From Octopus vulgaris (taxonomy: Eukaryota), in assembly GCA_951406725.2 (NCBI GenBank), contig OX597831.1, forward strand, positions 57,722,001 to 57,786,000: a stretch of DNA of 64,000 bases, given 5' to 3'. A program made the position numbers and the translations under genes. A model generated the notes under the pieces. That model was not told the origin of the DNA. It searched no databases and was given only the letters and a program-made list of their open reading frames with translations. Numbering within the stretch: position 1 is the stretch's first letter; every line of letters begins with the position of its first letter. Positions 38,830 through 52,769 of this stretch are shown piece after piece.

Positions 38830-40000
38830 TGATTTGTTTGAGAAATCCACTGGTTCGTTCACTTGTCTGTGTTCCATCGGGGTGGTGAAGACACTTTTGA
38901 ACTGGTCATTCAGTACCTCACTGATCCTAGTTGGCAGAGGGATCCTGTCTTGCAGTGTACTGAGGCTGTTTCTTTCGCATAATGAAAGAAGGCCTTTGGG
39001 TTTGAATTAATGATTTTTATAACCCAGGCTTCTTTGTCCGCTTTCTCCCTCACATAGGATTGTTGCAGCCTTTTTTCAATCTCCATCAGTGTTGTTTTCA
39101 GGCGGGACCTTTCGCTATTTTTGGGATGTTGATTGAGTCAACTTGCAAACTTCATCTGTCGTCTCATGAGGATCTTCCTCTCCCTTGGAATCTTGTTCCT
39201 ATTTGTTTTGGCCTTGTGCTCTGGGACATATTTCTGGCATATGGCTTGCACAACAGACATTTCGTGTAATGTGGAGAGACATTTCGGCCAGTCCTCTCTG
39301 AGGATCTCTTTTTGGATTGATTTCCAGTCTGCTTCGTGGAAGTTCAGATTGGAGAGATTTCGGGTGCTTCCTTTAGGTTGTATGTCTCTGGTTACTTTTG
39401 GCCCAAACATAGACAGCTCTATTATGTTGTGATCCGAGACTAATGTTGGCGTCACTTTCATATCATGAATGATGTCCATATTGTTTGTGAAGCAGAGATC
39501 CAGAATGTTATTTGCCTTAGTCGGTCTGAGTACAGCTTGCTTCATAAATAGGGCATTGGTGAGGTTGAGCAGGGACTCCACTTGTGCTTGTTGCAATGAG
39601 CCATTCCTGAGAGCATGAGACCTTTGGGCCATATGATGTTGGGGAAGTTGAAATCACCCATAAGAAATATGGTCACGTGGTGTTCCAGTTTCATGAAGAT
39701 TTCTTTAATTCTTGTGAGGCAATCTTCAAACTTGCCTAAGTGGTTTGGAGCATCAGGTGGGCAATATGTATTGCATATGACTATATTATGTTGTGTTATG
39801 TATACAATTAGAGTGTCACATACCAAATTTCAGTATGACAGTAAGACCTGGGATGTGAGGTCATCACGGATGTATACAGCAACTCCACCACGGCTCCTTT
39901 ATCTTCTGTCTGTTTGCAGTATGGCTATTTTGGTATGTGTAACTTCTGCATCCTCTATATCAGGGCTGAGGTGAGTTTCCACGAGTGCTATGCATAGGGC
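38830..40000 (-). mobile_element. LINE ORF2 fragment, APE endonuclease region (CR1/L2-like)
   Basis: IALVETHL, GGVAVYIR, TYCPPD, FLMGDFNFPNIIW, PTKANNILDLCFTNN, SDHNII, LNDQFKSVFT with frameshifts. Confidence 0.85.
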
Positions 40001-40114
40001 TTGATTGCATGCATATATATTTACGAATGAGTGGACAAATGAAAGAAAGGGCACTCAACACATTTATTGGGAGTTACATGTATTGAGTGCTACGGAATCC
40101 AAATCAAACAATAC

Positions 40115-40193
<79 letters not shown>

Positions 40194-40194
40194 T

Positions 40195-40546
40195 ATGGCC
40201 GATGCCAGCGCCACCTAGATATGGCTTCGTATGGCATATATATATATATATTGAATTGTGGCCGATGCCAGCACCGCCTTGACTGGCTTCCATGCTGGTG
40301 GCACGTAAAATGCACCAATCCGATCGTGGCCGTTGCCAGCCTCACCTGGCACCTGTGCTGGTGGCACGTAAAAAGCACCCACTACACTCACGGAGTGGTT
40401 GGCGTTAGGAAGGGCATCCAGCTGTAGAAACATTGCCAGATCAGACTGGAGCCTGGTGCAGCCTTCTGGCTTCCCAGATCCCCGGTCGAACCGTCTAACC
40501 CATGCTAGCATGGAGAACGGACGTTAAACGATGATGATGATGATGA
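40195..40546 (+). mobile_element. RTE-type 3' UTR fragment
   Basis: GGCACGTAAAAAGCACCCACTACACTC...GGAAGGGCATCCAGC...GGACGTTAAACGATGATG. Confidence 0.75.
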
Positions 40547-41119
40547 TATATATATAGTTAATCCAAACATGCAAACACAACAACACGAGGACGTGGAACA
40601 AGTATAGTGTTATTGGACGCTCAGGAAAGAAGGAGGGTTTAACGTATCGAGTGGAGCTCTTCGCCAGAAACATAGGAAAAGGAAAGATCCAAAGAAGGGA
40701 AGATGGAGGAAAAAAATCGCCAACGTGGTTACATTATTCATTTCTTATTCTTTTTTTTTTACTTTATTTCTGATACTGTTGTACTTGTTTATTTATCATT
40801 TTCTGTTTTTTATCTTTTTATTTTATATTTTATTTTTTTTATTTATAATATTTTAATTTAAATATTTATTTTTTAATTATTTTATTATTTATTTAATTAA
40901 TTTTTTATTATATTTTATTCTATTTTTATTATATTTTATTTTTTATCTTTTTATGTCTTATTTTATTATCTTATTTTTAAATTTTTGTCCCTGGTTTGTT
41001 GATACCATCTTTTCCCCTTCTGGTCTTGTTTTACCAATTCCTATATATTATTTGTATTACTTTTTTATCTCCTATTCCAATACCACGCACCACATACCAC
41101 CACCCCTCTCCTTCTCTCA

Positions 41120-42380
41120 CATGCACACATACACACACACACACTAATGCACACATAACATCACACATTCAACCCTCTACATGCAACATACACACACACA
41201 CACGCACGTACATACACTTCCACACATACACGCTACAGAGTGACACATAGAAATAGGTACATGCACACCCACACTTGTGTTCACACACGCACACACATGT
41301 ACACATTCCCACTCTGTCCACGCACACATGCCAACACACACATGAAGACACATATACCTCCACACACACAACACATACACACACGCACACATACACCCAG
41401 CACACACATGAACGCACATATACCTCCACACACACAACACACACATACATGTACACACATGCATACACACGCACACACATACATGAACGCATATATACCT
41501 CCACACACACAACACACATACAACATACATACATGCACACACATACATACACAGACACGTACATACACGCACACAGAGACACATGCACGCACATACACAC
41601 GAATGCACATATACTTCCACACACACAACACACACATACATACACACACGCACATATGCACACACGCACACATACATACACACACACGCACACACGGACG
41701 CACATATACCTTCACACACACAACACACACATATACACACACGCACACATACATACACACACGCACGCACAATCGAACGCACACAAAACACATATATGTA
41801 CACACATATATGTACACACACATACATACACAGACGTACATACACACACACGCACATACAAGCACGCACGCATACACACACATGGCGGCACCCAAATACA
41901 TGAACGCACGTGTACCTCAACACACACAACATACACATACACACACACACACGCATACATACACTTCCACACTCATTCACATGCTCTACACACACACACA
42001 TCCCTACACGTACACACGAACACACCTATACATACATATACAGAGAGAAAGAACGAGAGACAGAGCAACACAGAGAGAGTAGGACTCCCCGACTACTACC
42101 GGACCACCCCATCAACGCACACGTGCAAAAATTCACAACCACCCATACACACACCTGTCACTATAGCTGCTGACCTCTCACTACGACATTAACAGACACA
42201 CACATTGATCACTCACATAAACACATGTAAACAGTTAATACCACACACACACACACGCACACACACGTGTTACCCCTACACGCTCACACACGCACCCAGT
42301 TACTTCCACACACACACACAGAGTTACCCCTACACGCTCACACACGCACCCAGTTACTGCCACACACACCCACACATGCT
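41120..42380. repeat. Cryptic CA-rich low-complexity/minisatellite region
   Basis: Degenerate (CA)n with recurring unit ATGAACGCACATATACCTCCACACACACAACAC. Confidence 0.9.
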
Positions 42381-42639
42381 CACAGATACCAAACATTCTT
42401 CGCACTCTCCCGTCCCAGATAGTACATTCTCTTTGTTCATGTTTATTAAAGTCAATTTCTTAACCATATAAGGTTGAGAAAAAGAGGGGACGATACGAGG
42501 ACAGACATAACAAACATTGGGGTCAGGGTATCGAATGAGACGAAACGCATGAACAAACAAACAATTAAATGAGAATGAGTGATTAACAAAAAATCAAGCG
42601 GAGGACGCGGTCGATCCCACAAACCACATACTCACACTG

Positions 42640-43320
42640 AAGACTTTGCTTTCTCCTTTTTATATTCTCGTTTAGACAGGTTCTTTCACTCGCAACATAC
42701 TTGCTATAGGCTACCATCTTTTACGAAACCCTTTGCGACAGGCATTTCTTCTTCAGCCTTATTTTCCGTTTCATGTGGAAAACGAAAAAGTCGATTAGCT
42801 CGAGACTGGAGATAAACATGCCTGTTGCAATTCCTTTCACTCTCGTCTTCCATACTACTTCTTTCGCAACAGCAACTACCGAGAGAAAACAGGCTCGCTC
42901 CTCCCTATTCAGAGAGGTCGGCGGAACGATCTTAATTACAGATTCGCTCGACAGTTGTACTCTTCTCGAATGCGACAGCAAGTGTTCGACATAAGCCCAG
43001 AGCTCAGTCACCTTGGGGCATTGCACAATCCGGCAAAGATGCACACCCATGTCTAAAGAGCTTATCTCGAACCGGTAAAGCTCCTTTGTAACATTACCAG
43101 GCCAGGGACTTTTGGTAATTATCCATAGGCCCCGTCCCGAATGTTCTTTGGAACAGGCTGGCCAGTTGATCTTCGTCGAAGCCTAGGGTTTCTCCCAGGA
43201 CTTCGTTTCACTTGAACTCTACTAACCCTCTATAGAAGAACGAGGTAGTACCCCCGCCACTGGCGTTGCCGGACTGGGAGAGAAGCACGAGCGCCTGATA
43301 GCACTCTGCATGTCACACAC
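42640..43320 (-). mobile_element. Tx1/L1-clade LINE 3' fragment (zf-RVT-like region)
   Basis: DNYQKSLAW*CYKGALPVRDKLFRHG, VQCPKVTELWAYVEHLL, VAVAKEVVWKTR. Confidence 0.75.
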
Positions 43321-44150
43321 TCTTCGAAAATGTAACTACACATGAACTGTTGGCGATTTTCCCCACTCCTTTCTCTTTTTCTTTTGGACTTTCCTATGTC
43401 TCCTGTTTCCGAAGAAGAGCTTTGCTCGAAACGTAAAACAACCACTCTTTCTTTCCTTCTCTGAGCGTTTGCATGTGCAATGTCCTCGCGTTGTTATTTT
43501 TTCTCCGTTTATCATATATATATAGGGGCAGCTGATGAAGGGGAATATTCCTTGTATTGTTTGTCTTGTACTCTGTTTTTTCGTTGTTAAAAAAAGTCCG
43601 TTTCTTTGTTTGATTTTATGTTTTCGTTTCTCGTTGTGTTCTACGTTTATTTGTGGTCTCCTGTACTCATATATGCATGTATATATACATATAGATGTAG
43701 TTATGTACATATATGTATGTATGCATATGTTTTATTTATTAAATTGTTATTATATATATATATATATATTCAAAGAAAGTTAGAGGTTGTGAATCCAACC
43801 AACTAAGGGATAATATCTATCCAATATACTGCTGGTAGAATACCCAATTATTAATACACAAATGTTTTTTTCATTGCATGGCAATTACAATACCGAGTGT
43901 ACTAAATGGGTAAGGGTAAAAAGTGTTTTTACCATTAATTTATATAGGAATAAGAAAATGGAAGGAATCACTAGGTGGTATTCATCAACTTTTAGACATT
44001 ATATTATGTCAATTTATTTATTTACTAAAACGACAATTATAACAATATACATACTGTCCTTTTAATAAATAAATTGACATAATGTGATGTCTAAAAGTTA
44101 ATGAATACCACCTATTGATCCCCTCCATTTTCTTATTGCTCTCTCTCTCT

Positions 44151-44235
<85 letters not shown>

Positions 44236-44238
<3 letters not shown>

Positions 44239-44442
44239 ACTTCAAACAGAGTCTGGATAGATTCCTTCAAAGAATACCAGATAAGCCACCCATAATTGGA
44301 TACAACTCACCCAACAAGAACTCACTACTTGAACAAAACTTGACTTAAACAGGATTCGAATAATCCTATCAGGTGATGCTATTAAGTTAGACATGGCCTG
44401 GATCAATCTCTGGTCGAAACATATCTAAGTTTTATCTAAGTT
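44236..44442 (+). mobile_element. LINE extreme 3' end (CR1/L2-like)
   Basis: NFKQSLDRFLQRIPDKP...NSLLEQ stop, short 3' UTR and repeated ATCTAAGTT tail. Confidence 0.65.
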
Positions 44443-44467
44443 ATATATATATATATATATATATATA

Positions 44468-46209
44468 CACGAGGGTACCCAAAACGAAACCGGAATTTTG
44501 CGATATTATTTTATTCCCTTAGCTTTACATGATTGCACTTTGATCTCCTTCAAAGTATTCTCTATTTGAAGTAATACATCGATCTAGATGCGTTTTCCAC
44601 TGTTCGAAGCAGTCCCAGAACTCTTGTGAAGTGATGCCTTTTAACGCCCCCACCCGTCGTATTTTTTTTCTTCACCGCTTCCACATCTGCAAAACGTTTT
44701 CCTTTAAGGGCTTTTCTCATTCGGAGGAACAAAAGAAAAGTTTTAGGGAGCAAGATCGGGTGAATGGGGAGGATGGGTAAATGGAAAAATGCCATTTTTT
44801 GGTCAAAAACCGTCTCACACTGAAGGCGGTGTGCGCAGGCGCATTGTCGTGATGAAACCACCACTTTCCACTTAGCCACTGGTCGAGGCATTTCGTCTCA
44901 CCGTGTCTCGCAAACGTTTCAGAACTTCCAAGTAAAATGTCTGGGGATCTTTTCGGTTTGAACGGCAGCTTTTTCAAGCGATGTCATATGAAATTGTCAC
45001 CCATAATTATGACCCTAGTATCGATCTATTGCATTTCTATCTGTTTTAGGGTTAGGGTTAGGGGTGGGGGAAATGTATCTTTTTTTCTTCACAAATGTAA
45101 ATAAACCCAATCTGTTTCTTAAACAAGGGACATATTCATACGGCACAGAATGTTTTTTTATCTCAATAGACGTAATTGATTGGTTGAAATTGCTGAAATT
45201 GAAGGAAAAACAACAACAAACTATAGAATTTTCTCAATAAAGTCAAGAGAAAAAGATGTTTTATAAACACATTCTACCAGTATACGAAGTTTAACATTTT
45301 TAGTTACCAAGAAATTATGATGAAAACTGCCGTTCAAACCGAAAAGATCCAATGTCTGGTTAACAGTTTAACTAAGAACAACTACTGTGTGGACAATTTC
45401 TTTCGCATCGATGAAGCAAATCAGCGTCGTCTTTACATTGGACTTCACTTGACGCGCTTTTTAGGGTGAGAGTGACATTGAATACTTCCGTTAACTTGAT
45501 TGCTGCTTCGTTTCTGGGTCGTAGCCATAGCACCAGCTTTTTTCACCAGTGATGACTTTCGAAAAAAAGGTTCAGATCAACTTCCAGCTGTTCTGTCAGT
45601 TCACGACACACATTCAGTCGTGACTGCTTTTGATTTTCCGTGAGCAAATGAAATACAAATTTTGCTGCAACTCTTTTCATTCGCAATTCTTCGCCCAAAA
45701 TTCGTTGGGAGGAGCTCCAGGACACACGAGTAATATCAACAAGTTCGTCAATTGTTCGGCGACGGTCTTCCAAGATCGGTTTATGCATTTTTGTGATGTT
45801 TTCATTCGTTCGGGTGGTCGACGGTTGCCCTGAACAAGATTGGTCTTCAAGTGACAGATGACCATTCCTAAAGCGTGAAAACCACTCGTAAACTTGTGTT
45901 TTGCTCATGGCAACGTCCTTGTAAGCTGTTTGAAGGATGACAACTGTTTCGGCTGCCGTTTTCTCCAGCAACAAAACAGAATTTCACGGAAACATGTTGT
46001 CCCTTCGTTTCAGCCATCGCTAAAATCGACGAACACAGGAGAAGCGCTGCAAAGCAAAGATGTACCGCGTGGCAGCACAACTTCAGTCTACGACGCCGGT
46101 CAGCAGACTGATGCCTGGGGTTCGTGTCAAGTGGTTTCTAACGGCGGAAGCCTGAACTACTACGAGCTTGTTCCTCAGACAACGTTTCTGGTTACTTTTG
46201 GGTACCCCG
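44468..46209 (-). mobile_element. Decayed mariner element interrupted by a MITE
   Basis: TIRs CGAGGGTACCCAAAA...AACCGGAA / rc CGGGGTACCCAAAAGTAACCAGAA; transposase motifs MSKTQVYEWFSRFRNG, LRMKRVAAKFV, WWFHHDNAPAHTA, LKGKRFADVEAVKK. Confidence 0.9.
44945..45350. mobile_element. GGATC-TIR MITE (Merlin-like family), copy 3, nested in the mariner
   Basis: Exact 9 bp TSD AATGTCTGG (44936-44944; 45351-45359); internal TTAGGGTTAGGGTTAGGGG. Confidence 0.92.
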
Positions 46210-46873
46210 AGAGAAAGAGATGTGTGTGTGTATGTATGTATGTATGCATGCATGTATGTATATGTGTGTTTGTGTGTGTAACAGGTTATATCAGTTACAT
46301 TGTTGAAACTCAGTGAGAAAGTGTAATATGCACCATAATCAACATGCAGAAAAAAGATATTGGTTACAGTTTTTATTTTCTTCTGAATTTCACGTAAGGT
46401 CGATACACAAAGCTATATATAGTAATCGGCATTTTTGCAGTGTATCTGTAAAGGACGGGCTGCTTGCTAAAAATAATGTGTGAAAGCGAAAACGACTGAC
46501 CTCTAATGTTCTGTGAAGGTTCGTATTTATGCCTATTGAAAAGCTGAGTGTATGTTGGAGAGCAATGGAACGTAAATTATCTCATCAATGTTAACCTGCT
46601 TTTGATCTAAGGACGTTAACTCAAACACTAGAACCAAACGACCATATAAATCTCTTGGTACGAATGATGAAGACACTGGAAAGGATCTCGTAGAAAAATC
46701 TAGGCTAAAGTTTCGATTCCTGGCAAAGAATCCAAGAAATGATTTCTTACATTACTCCCCACGCCTAGAGAGTTTTTAAAACAAACGGTATAGGAAAAAT
46801 GGGTGTAGAAAACAAGCAATGAGTGCATGTTTATATATATATATATGTATATATATATAAGATATAGCAAAAA

Positions 46874-46911
46874 CTGTCTGATGAACGGCAACGAGAAACT
46901 CAGATTAACAG
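46874..46911 (+). ncRNA. Minimal hammerhead-like motif
   Basis: CUGU-CUGAUGA-ACG[gcaa]CGA-GAAAC-UCAGAUUA-ACAG; homologous copy on the minus strand at about 51114-51153 has core CCGACGA. Confidence 0.6.
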
Positions 46912-46943
46912 ATTTTGTTGAATTTTCTGCTGCTTTAAATAAA

Positions 46944-47005
<62 letters not shown>

Positions 47006-47100
47006 AGTACGCGAGCTTGGAGTGCATGTGTATGTACATAGGACAAAATAAATATTTCAGGACAGCTGGAAAAGAAAAAAAAGCTAAAACACAGGAAATT

Positions 47101-47135
<35 letters not shown>

Positions 47136-47479
47136 TATATGCGTACAGGACTTTGAACATGCAAGCAACAATCAGTTATGGAGAAGCAAAGTTAATAACA
47201 AAAGGAGGACTTTTGTAAATTTCGTAACACAAGTAAAAACTTTATGAAATAGACTGAAAAAAATAAGTGTCCCCCCAATTTCAACAGGTAAATGATTAAA
47301 AGGTGTGTAATGCTGTATGTAAATGGCTCACCAGGAAAAGTAGTGTTCAATTGAGGACTTGAACATATCTGGCAGGTCAGCGGACCTTCGTCCCCATTTG
47401 GTGCGGATTGACTGGGGAGAGGTTAAGGCGCTCACAGAAGAAAATGACGATGTTGTATCCGTTTGGGGGGAAAAGTAGA

Positions 47480-48325
47480 TGATGATGCTCATTCGGATTC
47501 GACAATTGCTTCTATGCGGATAGTATTTCGTTTTCCATTTATGTTGACGATGGAATACTTTGCTTTTCTGTCGAGTACCCAGTGTGTCCATTGATTAATG
47601 TCCGATGGGACATGGGTAGCGATATTTTGTGGGCAAGAGCTAATTGCTAGGAAATGGGATATGTGTGCTCGGAAACGATGAACACATAATGCTGGGTCTG
47701 AAAAGTCCTGTGGAGAAACAGGAATGACCATTTGACAAGGTAAGGCCAATGCGGTGCCGCATACTAACTCTGCTGGTGAGTATCCGATTTTTTTTAAAAC
47801 TGCGGCGCGAATACCGAAAAGAATAAATGGAAGGTAGTCCAACCAGCTATTGATGTCAGGATATGCTTTGATAGCAGACTTCAGCTGCCTGGGAAAACGT
47901 TCGACCGTGCCATTTGCCGCGGGATGGTTGGCTGTTATGCGGCAGTGCTTAGATCCAAGGAGATACATGGGCTCGCTGAAGAGGTGAGAGTCGAACTGAC
48001 GTCCTCTGTCGGTCGTGATCGTTGTGGATGCACCTAAATGCGATATCCAGTGAAAAACTAGTCTTAATGACGGTTTCTGTTGAAATATCTGATAGAGGGA
48101 AGACCAGGCCATCGGGAAAATCGGCCGATGCAGGTTAGTAGGTGCGTACAATTCTGGGAAGGATGCAGAGATCCAACAATGTCGACGTGTACGTGCTGAA
48201 AACGCACGTCAGGTATCGCAAAGGTACCGAGTGGGGACTTAATACGGCCGTGGGTTTCTTCTTTTGACACGCGACGCAACTCCTGGCCCAAGTACGAATG
48301 TTCTTGTTTAGGACCTACCACTGGC
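47480..48325 (-). mobile_element. Gypsy/Ty3 LTR-retrotransposon integrase relic
   Basis: KSPLGTFAIPDVRFQHVHVDIVG...LLTCIGRFSRWP, frameshift, WISHLGASTTITTDRGRQFDS...HPAANGTVERFPRQLKSAI...SPAELVCG. Confidence 0.9.
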
Positions 48326-49129
48326 TAGAGCATCTCTAACCTTCTTGGTCTTATTCTCAATAGGAACATCAGTAAGTGGTATGTTAATTCCCGCTTGTGG
48401 TGAGCGAACATTGCTGTCTCATTGACAGTGACGAAATGGTTATAGATTCTGCAGAAATGTTTGGCCAAATTTACAAGGATCATCTCTTTGCCTTTTAACC
48501 GTTGATCCGTCTGTACTCAGTAGTGAGATAAGCCAGAGATTTGAAGCTCTCAAAGCTTTATAACGAGAGATGAGAAATGAGGATAATGTTGGAATGAAAT
48601 ATATACATCTTGATATTGAAACTGAACTGGTAAGCGACGTTTTATTCTCCGTTATAAAATACAATGATTGCCATACATGGATTAACATAACAGGTTATTA
48701 CAAAGATGTGTGAGAGAACTTCGTGATAAGGCTGGACTGTTGATATCGTAGACATAGCTGACGTACGGTTGATGGTGTGTAGAGGCAGCTGTTTGGATGT
48801 AGGTTGTAGACAATGATGTAGACAGGCGTCTGGTGGAGATGAAAACGGAGACTGGCTGGTGTTAGATACATCGTTGCTGGAAACGAATTGCGCGTGTGGC
48901 CAGTGGCGAGTGCCAAAGACCTAGAACAGTCGAGAACTGCCGTACTTATTGGGAATAGTGGGCTCCCAGAATCTGGTGATTAATTTCCCACGTAAGGAAA
49001 AATAAACTGTTGCACCAACACGATTGGACAGATGGAACCAACCAATACAAATAACAGGTTCGTTTAATTACGTGGTCATGTGACCGCTGGAACGAAAAGG
49101 CCTTGTGGAGCCGATATTGCGGTATTTAA

Positions 49130-49870
49130 GCCTTGATGAGTCAAAATGAAAACATCGCACACAATGACAGTGTAAATCACTTCTGCTATAGTTTCATAGA
49201 AGTATTTTGTACTGTTATTGTTTGTACAGGACTGAACTTCATCCAAGCATTCCGGTTTACTACTATAAAAGCACTCTTCTTAATTGGAAATGAGCAGTTT
49301 CCTTGTGACTTCTGGAAAGACGGTTCTTCTAGTCCAGGCGAGCCTGTATATTTTTGTTATTCTCATTTGTTATTCTCATAGTGATGTTGAGTGAAAAAAA
49401 AGTCTCTGAAAACTGCCCACTCTTCTTTCATACCAACAGAGGATAAGTTTGGGCTATCGAATTTGTTTTCCAACACCTCACAGAAATTTTCTTTGAAGGA
49501 CACCGAAAGCCCGTTTGAAGACATTCTGCCTTCTCCTTACTTTTCCCTCCTTCAAGACTCTAGTATGACCTGAATGTAAACATTGAAGGAACATATGATA
49601 AATCTATGGTCAATCCAGCAGTCTCTGCTTGCATGGCTCTGATCACCTTTACATTCTACCAGTCGCTCTTCTATACGGTGGCGCACTTGATAATAATATG
49701 CCGGTACCCAGAGCAAGCATGGTATTCTTTTATGGTGAGGCAAGCAGGAAATAGTATTTGAGATGAGCAGATTACATTCTGCACGTTTTCAGCAGTTGAA
49801 GATCTTTCCTATTGCACTTTACAACTTCATTCCTTCCGATGATTATCTCTCAGTTCTCACAGTCAGAATT
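49130..49870 (-). mobile_element. RTE (BovB-like) LINE fragment, end of APE domain
   Basis: IIGRNEVVKCNRKDLQLLKTCAECNLLISNT, NVKVIRAM, DCWIDHRFI, EEWAVFRD, NNSTKYFYE. Confidence 0.75.
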
Positions 49871-50005
49871 GACAGTGAGAACTGATGTTAGTGTTGAAAT
49901 AACCGATAATAAATATTTTTTTCTATATTTAAGAGATAAGGAATTATGTACATTATTTACATTATTTACATTTAGCGGATATTTGTCCTCATCTTGTTTG
50001 TTGTT

Positions 50006-50051
50006 AACACAACGTTTCGGCTGATATACCCTCCAGCCTTCATCAGGTGTC
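50006..50051 (-). ncRNA. Minimal type-I hammerhead ribozyme motif (Penelope/retrozyme type)
   Basis: GACAC-CUGAUGA-A-GGCUG[gaggguauau]CAGCC-GAAAC-GUU-GUGUU: stem I GACAC/GUGUU, stem II GGCUG/CAGCC, palindromic AACGUU stem III. Confidence 0.8.
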
Positions 50052-50209
50052 TTGGGGAAAATTTCGAACTTGGGTTCTCATTCTTAAGGTATTGATCGAT
50101 GTTGTTGTTGTTGTTGCCAATAACAATGCATGCGTACAGCAATAATAGCTACAATACAACAACAATAACATCAACAGCAACAACAACAATAATGGTTTCA
50201 AATTTTATA

Positions 50210-50387
50210 GTTTCAGTCATTTGACTGTGGCCATGTTGGAGCACCGCCTTTAGTTGAGCAAATCGACACCAGGACTTATTCTTTGGGAGCCAAGTACTTG
50301 TTCTATCGGTCTACGGGGACGTAAACACACCAGCATCGGTTGTCAAGCGATGTTGTGGGTGGTGGACAAACACAGACACACAAACAT

Positions 50388-50466
<79 letters not shown>

Positions 50467-50631
50467 TACGACGGGCTTCTTTCAGTTTCTGTCTACCAAA
50501 TCCACTCACAAGGCTTTGGTCGGCCCGAGGCTATAGTAGAAGACACTTGCCCAAGGTGCCACGCAGTGGGACTGAACCCAGAACCATATGGTTCGTTAGC
50601 AAGGTATTTACCACACAGCCACTCCTACGCC
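50210..50631 (-). mobile_element. SINE family A
   Basis: Match to family A with a long internal (TA)n. Confidence 0.85.
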
Positions 50632-50970
50632 TAACTTATTCACATTCTTTTGAATAAATCATAGCTTTGAGATTTTGATGATGCAATTGTTTACAATTAG
50701 TATGACATTGTAGGGTAGGTGTAAGAGACCGCATTCGGCCAGTTTGAGCATGAAACAAGTAAAACATTTTGACTGGATATGGCCAGATTAAATGCTAAAT
50801 GGTTAAATCTTGTCAGCAGTACTGTGTTATGACTTTTGTTGTGACACTTAACTCCCAAACAGACCAACCACATAGCTGAAAATATGTACTGCAAAACCCC
50901 ATCATCATAACTGATAGAGTACCAGAACCCCTATATAGATGTATAATATATATCATTCATACACACACAC

Positions 50971-51012
<42 letters not shown>

Positions 51013-51346
51013 GGAGTAAACACATAAATGTGAAACAAGGTGGAAAAAAGAGTACTCAAATACCAGGGGTAGAGTAATATGCTTTATTTAAAAGCAGCAG
51101 AAATTCAACAAAACCTGTTACTCTAAGTTTCAATTTCCCGTTCGTCGGACAGTTTTGTTAAAATATATATATATATGACATTAGGGAGTATAGCTCCAAA
51201 CTTACAGGGAAAAATTCGATTTAGTATTAAATCAAATTTCACAGTATAAATATATAAAATATGAATTAGAGATAAAACCACTACCATGCAATTCAAACAG
51301 TGATAGACATAAACCAATACATAAATAACAAATGATATAAATATAA

Positions 51347-51395
<49 letters not shown>

Positions 51396-51459
51396 TTTTT
51401 TTTTTGGTTTATGTCTATCACTGTTTGAATTGCATGATAGTGGTTTTATCTCTAATTCC

Positions 51460-51557
<98 letters not shown>

Positions 51558-51574
51558 TCTTTTTTTTCTTTTTT

Positions 51575-51787
51575 TTTACTTTTTACTTGTTTCAGTCATT
51601 TGACTGCGGCCATGCTGGAGCACCGCCTCTAGTCGAGCAACTCGACCCCGGAACTTATTCTTTGTAAGCCCAGTACTTATTCTATCGGTCTGTTTTGCCG
51701 AACCACTAAGTGACGAGGACATAAACACACAAGCATCGGTTGTCAAGCAATGCTAGGGGGACAAACACAGACACACAAACATACATG

Positions 51788-51827
<40 letters not shown>

Positions 51828-51990
51828 CGACGGGCTTCTTTCAGTTTCCGTCTACCAAATCCACTCACAAGGCTTTGGTCAGCCCGAGGCTATAGTAGAA
51901 GACACTTGCCCAAGATGCCACGCAGTGGGACTGAACCCAGAACCATGTGGTTGGTAAGCAAGCTACTTACCACACAGCCACTCCTGCGCC
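51575..51990 (-). mobile_element. SINE family A
   Basis: Full-length match to family A. Confidence 0.85.
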
Positions 51991-52537
51991 TATATATATA
52001 TATATATATATATATATGATACATATATATATATATATATGATACATATGCATACACACCATACACACACATATTATACTTATACATACACACATACTAT
52101 ATATTATACATATACTTACACACATACTACATATATTATACATATATATTGAGTTTATATTATTATCAACGTCAGTTATGCTGGATTATATCTGTTGTTG
52201 GTTGAATACACCTACTTATGGGTGGCCAATTGATAGAGTTATTAAATACAATATTTTGTTAAATATGATATCTTGTTGAATATATATTAGCAACAGAGAC
52301 AGTATTGATACCAAGAGGTGTGTACCAAAAGTCAATGTGAGAGTTTCTCTCATTGTATCTACCATAGCATAGTTTGTTCTAATAGGGCATCAATGCTTAA
52401 GTGAGTATAACTATTAGCTCACAATATTTTGTGGTATTCTATGTATGTATGTATGTATGTATGTATGTATGTATGTATGTATGTATGTATGTATGTATGT
52501 ATGTATGTATGTATGTATGTATGTATGTATGTGTGTA

Positions 52538-52603
<66 letters not shown>

Positions 52604-52769
52604 TGTATGTATTCTGTTGTATTCTGATATTCTTATAACCTCCATAGTTTGTTTCTAATAGAGGAAGGGATAACTTCTATTTCTTACAATAATTCCAAAA
52701 AAACAACAACAAAAAACAAAAAAAAAAAGAATCCAGAAACAAAACCAGAATCCAAAGTCTATCAAGTTA

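Noticed and set aside
48698-48960. Possible gag remnant of the Gypsy element
   Set aside because: Position and strand fit, but no motif could be recognised with confidence and no LTRs were identified
49478-49569. Apparent phase-1 terminal exon (SHTRVLKEGKVRRRQNVFKRAFGVLQRKFL*) that could join the 53.3 kb exon
   Set aside because: Lies inside an RTE LINE relic, so the acceptor-like AG is likely coincidental; exonisation cannot be excluded without RNA data
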